Below, piece by piece: positions 62,640 through 64,000 of a DNA stretch of 64,000 bases. A program made the position numbers and the translations under genes. Source of the stretch: Eledone cirrhosa. Its lineage: Eukaryota. The stretch's first letter is position 1, and each line of letters starts with the position of its first letter. The stretch lies in NCBI GenBank assembly GCA_964016885.1, contig OZ024740.1, forward strand, positions 130,510,001-130,574,000. The letters run 5' to 3'. Below the pieces are notes generated by a model that was not told the DNA's origin, did not search any database, and saw nothing but the letters and a program-made list of their open reading frames with translations.

Positions 62640-63110
62640 ATGCACTAGTATGTGTGTAAGGAAGATTGACTGTAAAACGAAATATTTTAATGTGAGTATA
62701 GGACTCCATCAATGGTGCTTACTCTCATATATTCTGTCCACGAACCTCCGGAACAGGATGGGTAATCAGAGCCATGTTGAAAGTGGGATAGGGATGGATG
62801 GGTGTAGAAGTCAGTTGGAAGTTGTAGGCAACATTTAACGTGCAGGAAGTTGATCTCCGACGGGCACGGGATAATCTACTGTCGAGTGCTTCACGCCAGG
62901 AATGCAAATTAGTGATGCGCAGAATAAGACACTCGTTTTCTCCAGAAAGCAGGCACAATGACGCTGCATGTGCATGGTGCACGGTAAAGTCGGTGGAGGG
63001 TTTCAAGTATCTCGGTGCAATTTGTACGAGTTTTGGAAGGGTTAATTAAATGCAAGAACGGCAAGAGCTGCTGCAGCAATTCCCGTCTTTAGGGCATGGT
63101 AATCAGGTGA
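62640..63110 (+). mobile_element. Decayed RTE-like RT fragment
   Basis: FNVSIGLHQWCLLS; VEGFKYLGAI. Confidence 0.55.
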
Positions 63111-63269
63111 AGCGAGGTAAAGGCCGAGCAAGAAGAAGAAGAAGAAGGAGAAGAAGTATATGATGATGATGATGATGAGGAGGAGGAGGAGGATGATGAT
63201 GATGAGGAGGAGGAGGATGAGGAAGTGTTTTGCCTTGCGTTGGTCTGTTGTCGAGAAAATCTTGGATGT

Positions 63270-63535
63270 ATGACACAAACAACCAAGAGGGATTAATATT
63301 TTTAATAATATCGACAGTCGATCGACTTCCGCCAAATCGGACCGAGGAACCTATGTTTCCATTGGTCTTTCTAATTGCTGATAGTCCTAATACTCTCTAT
63401 CGCTCGCAACTCCAGGTAGAAAGAACAACGTGAAATAAAGTGTCTTGCCCAAGGACATGATAGATTGCCCGGTCTGGGAATAGAACTCACAAGATCACGA
63501 TTGCGAATCCAATGCTCTAACAACTCAGCCTTCAC
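63270..63535 (-). mobile_element. Second tRNA-derived SINE family (CORE-like)
   Basis: Minus strand ggctgagttgttagagc (A-box), gagttctattccc (B-box), tccttgggcaagacactt. Confidence 0.7.
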
Positions 63536-63555
63536 TCATGATTATATGCATATAA

Positions 63556-63803
63556 TAATTGTTTCTACTTTAGGCACAAGGCCAGCAAATATCCAGTGCC
63601 TTACTGGTACTTTATTTTATCGACCCCGTAAGGATGAAAGGCAAAGTCAACCTCGGTGGGATTTGAACTCAGATCGTAAAGGGACGTAACCCTATGCTTC
63701 AAAGCATGGTGTCCGACTCTCTAACGATACTGCCTATCCACCGCCATTAACACAAAGTTAATATAAGTGTTCCTACTTTTGGCACAAGGCCAGCAATTAC
63801 CCA
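63556..63803 (-). mobile_element. Nin-like SINE (63556-63746) plus a 3' fragment of another copy
   Basis: Same family as 47171 and 59733. Confidence 0.85.
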
Positions 63804-64000
63804 GAGATAGAAAATAATCAGGTCATGTAAGGTTGCTTTCCACAGGGGCTTAAATGAAATTCGAATCAGATTACACCGTGTAACATATATTATGGTTCTC
63901 CGGCTCTAAGTCTTATTTCCTGGTTTGTTATATCCCATTATTATGAAGTACCACTATTAATCAATGAACAGTTTGGGTTTGTGATCAGTAGTTTGATATT

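Overview
An AT-rich, microsatellite-dense animal region with no host protein-coding gene that I can support. The SINE family suggests an octopod cephalopod (inference). Nearly all recognisable coding sequence is transposon-derived: two decayed mariners; a partial-tandem Naiad-type Penelope-like element (PLE) plus several PLE remnants; an RTE; three R4/Dong-type LINEs; a near full-length Tx1; a CR1-group LINE; a CRE-type LINE; and many tRNA-derived SINEs. The main unexplained signal is minimal type-I hammerhead ribozyme (HHR) motifs (CUGANGA-stem II-GAAA-short stem III-NUH), read by eye, in three settings: the Naiad UTR, each unit of a ~420-bp tandem array (retrozyme-like), and about ten mostly unrelated 100-700-bp fold-back elements in or near (TA)n tracts. 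In the fold-backs the HHRs read outward from the hairpin centre, and several share a non-canonical U.U at the base of stem II. Also notable: an apparently (TTA)n-targeting Tx1 family and a twin-priming-like inverted RTE insertion. All alignments and folds were done by eye and coordinates are approximate.
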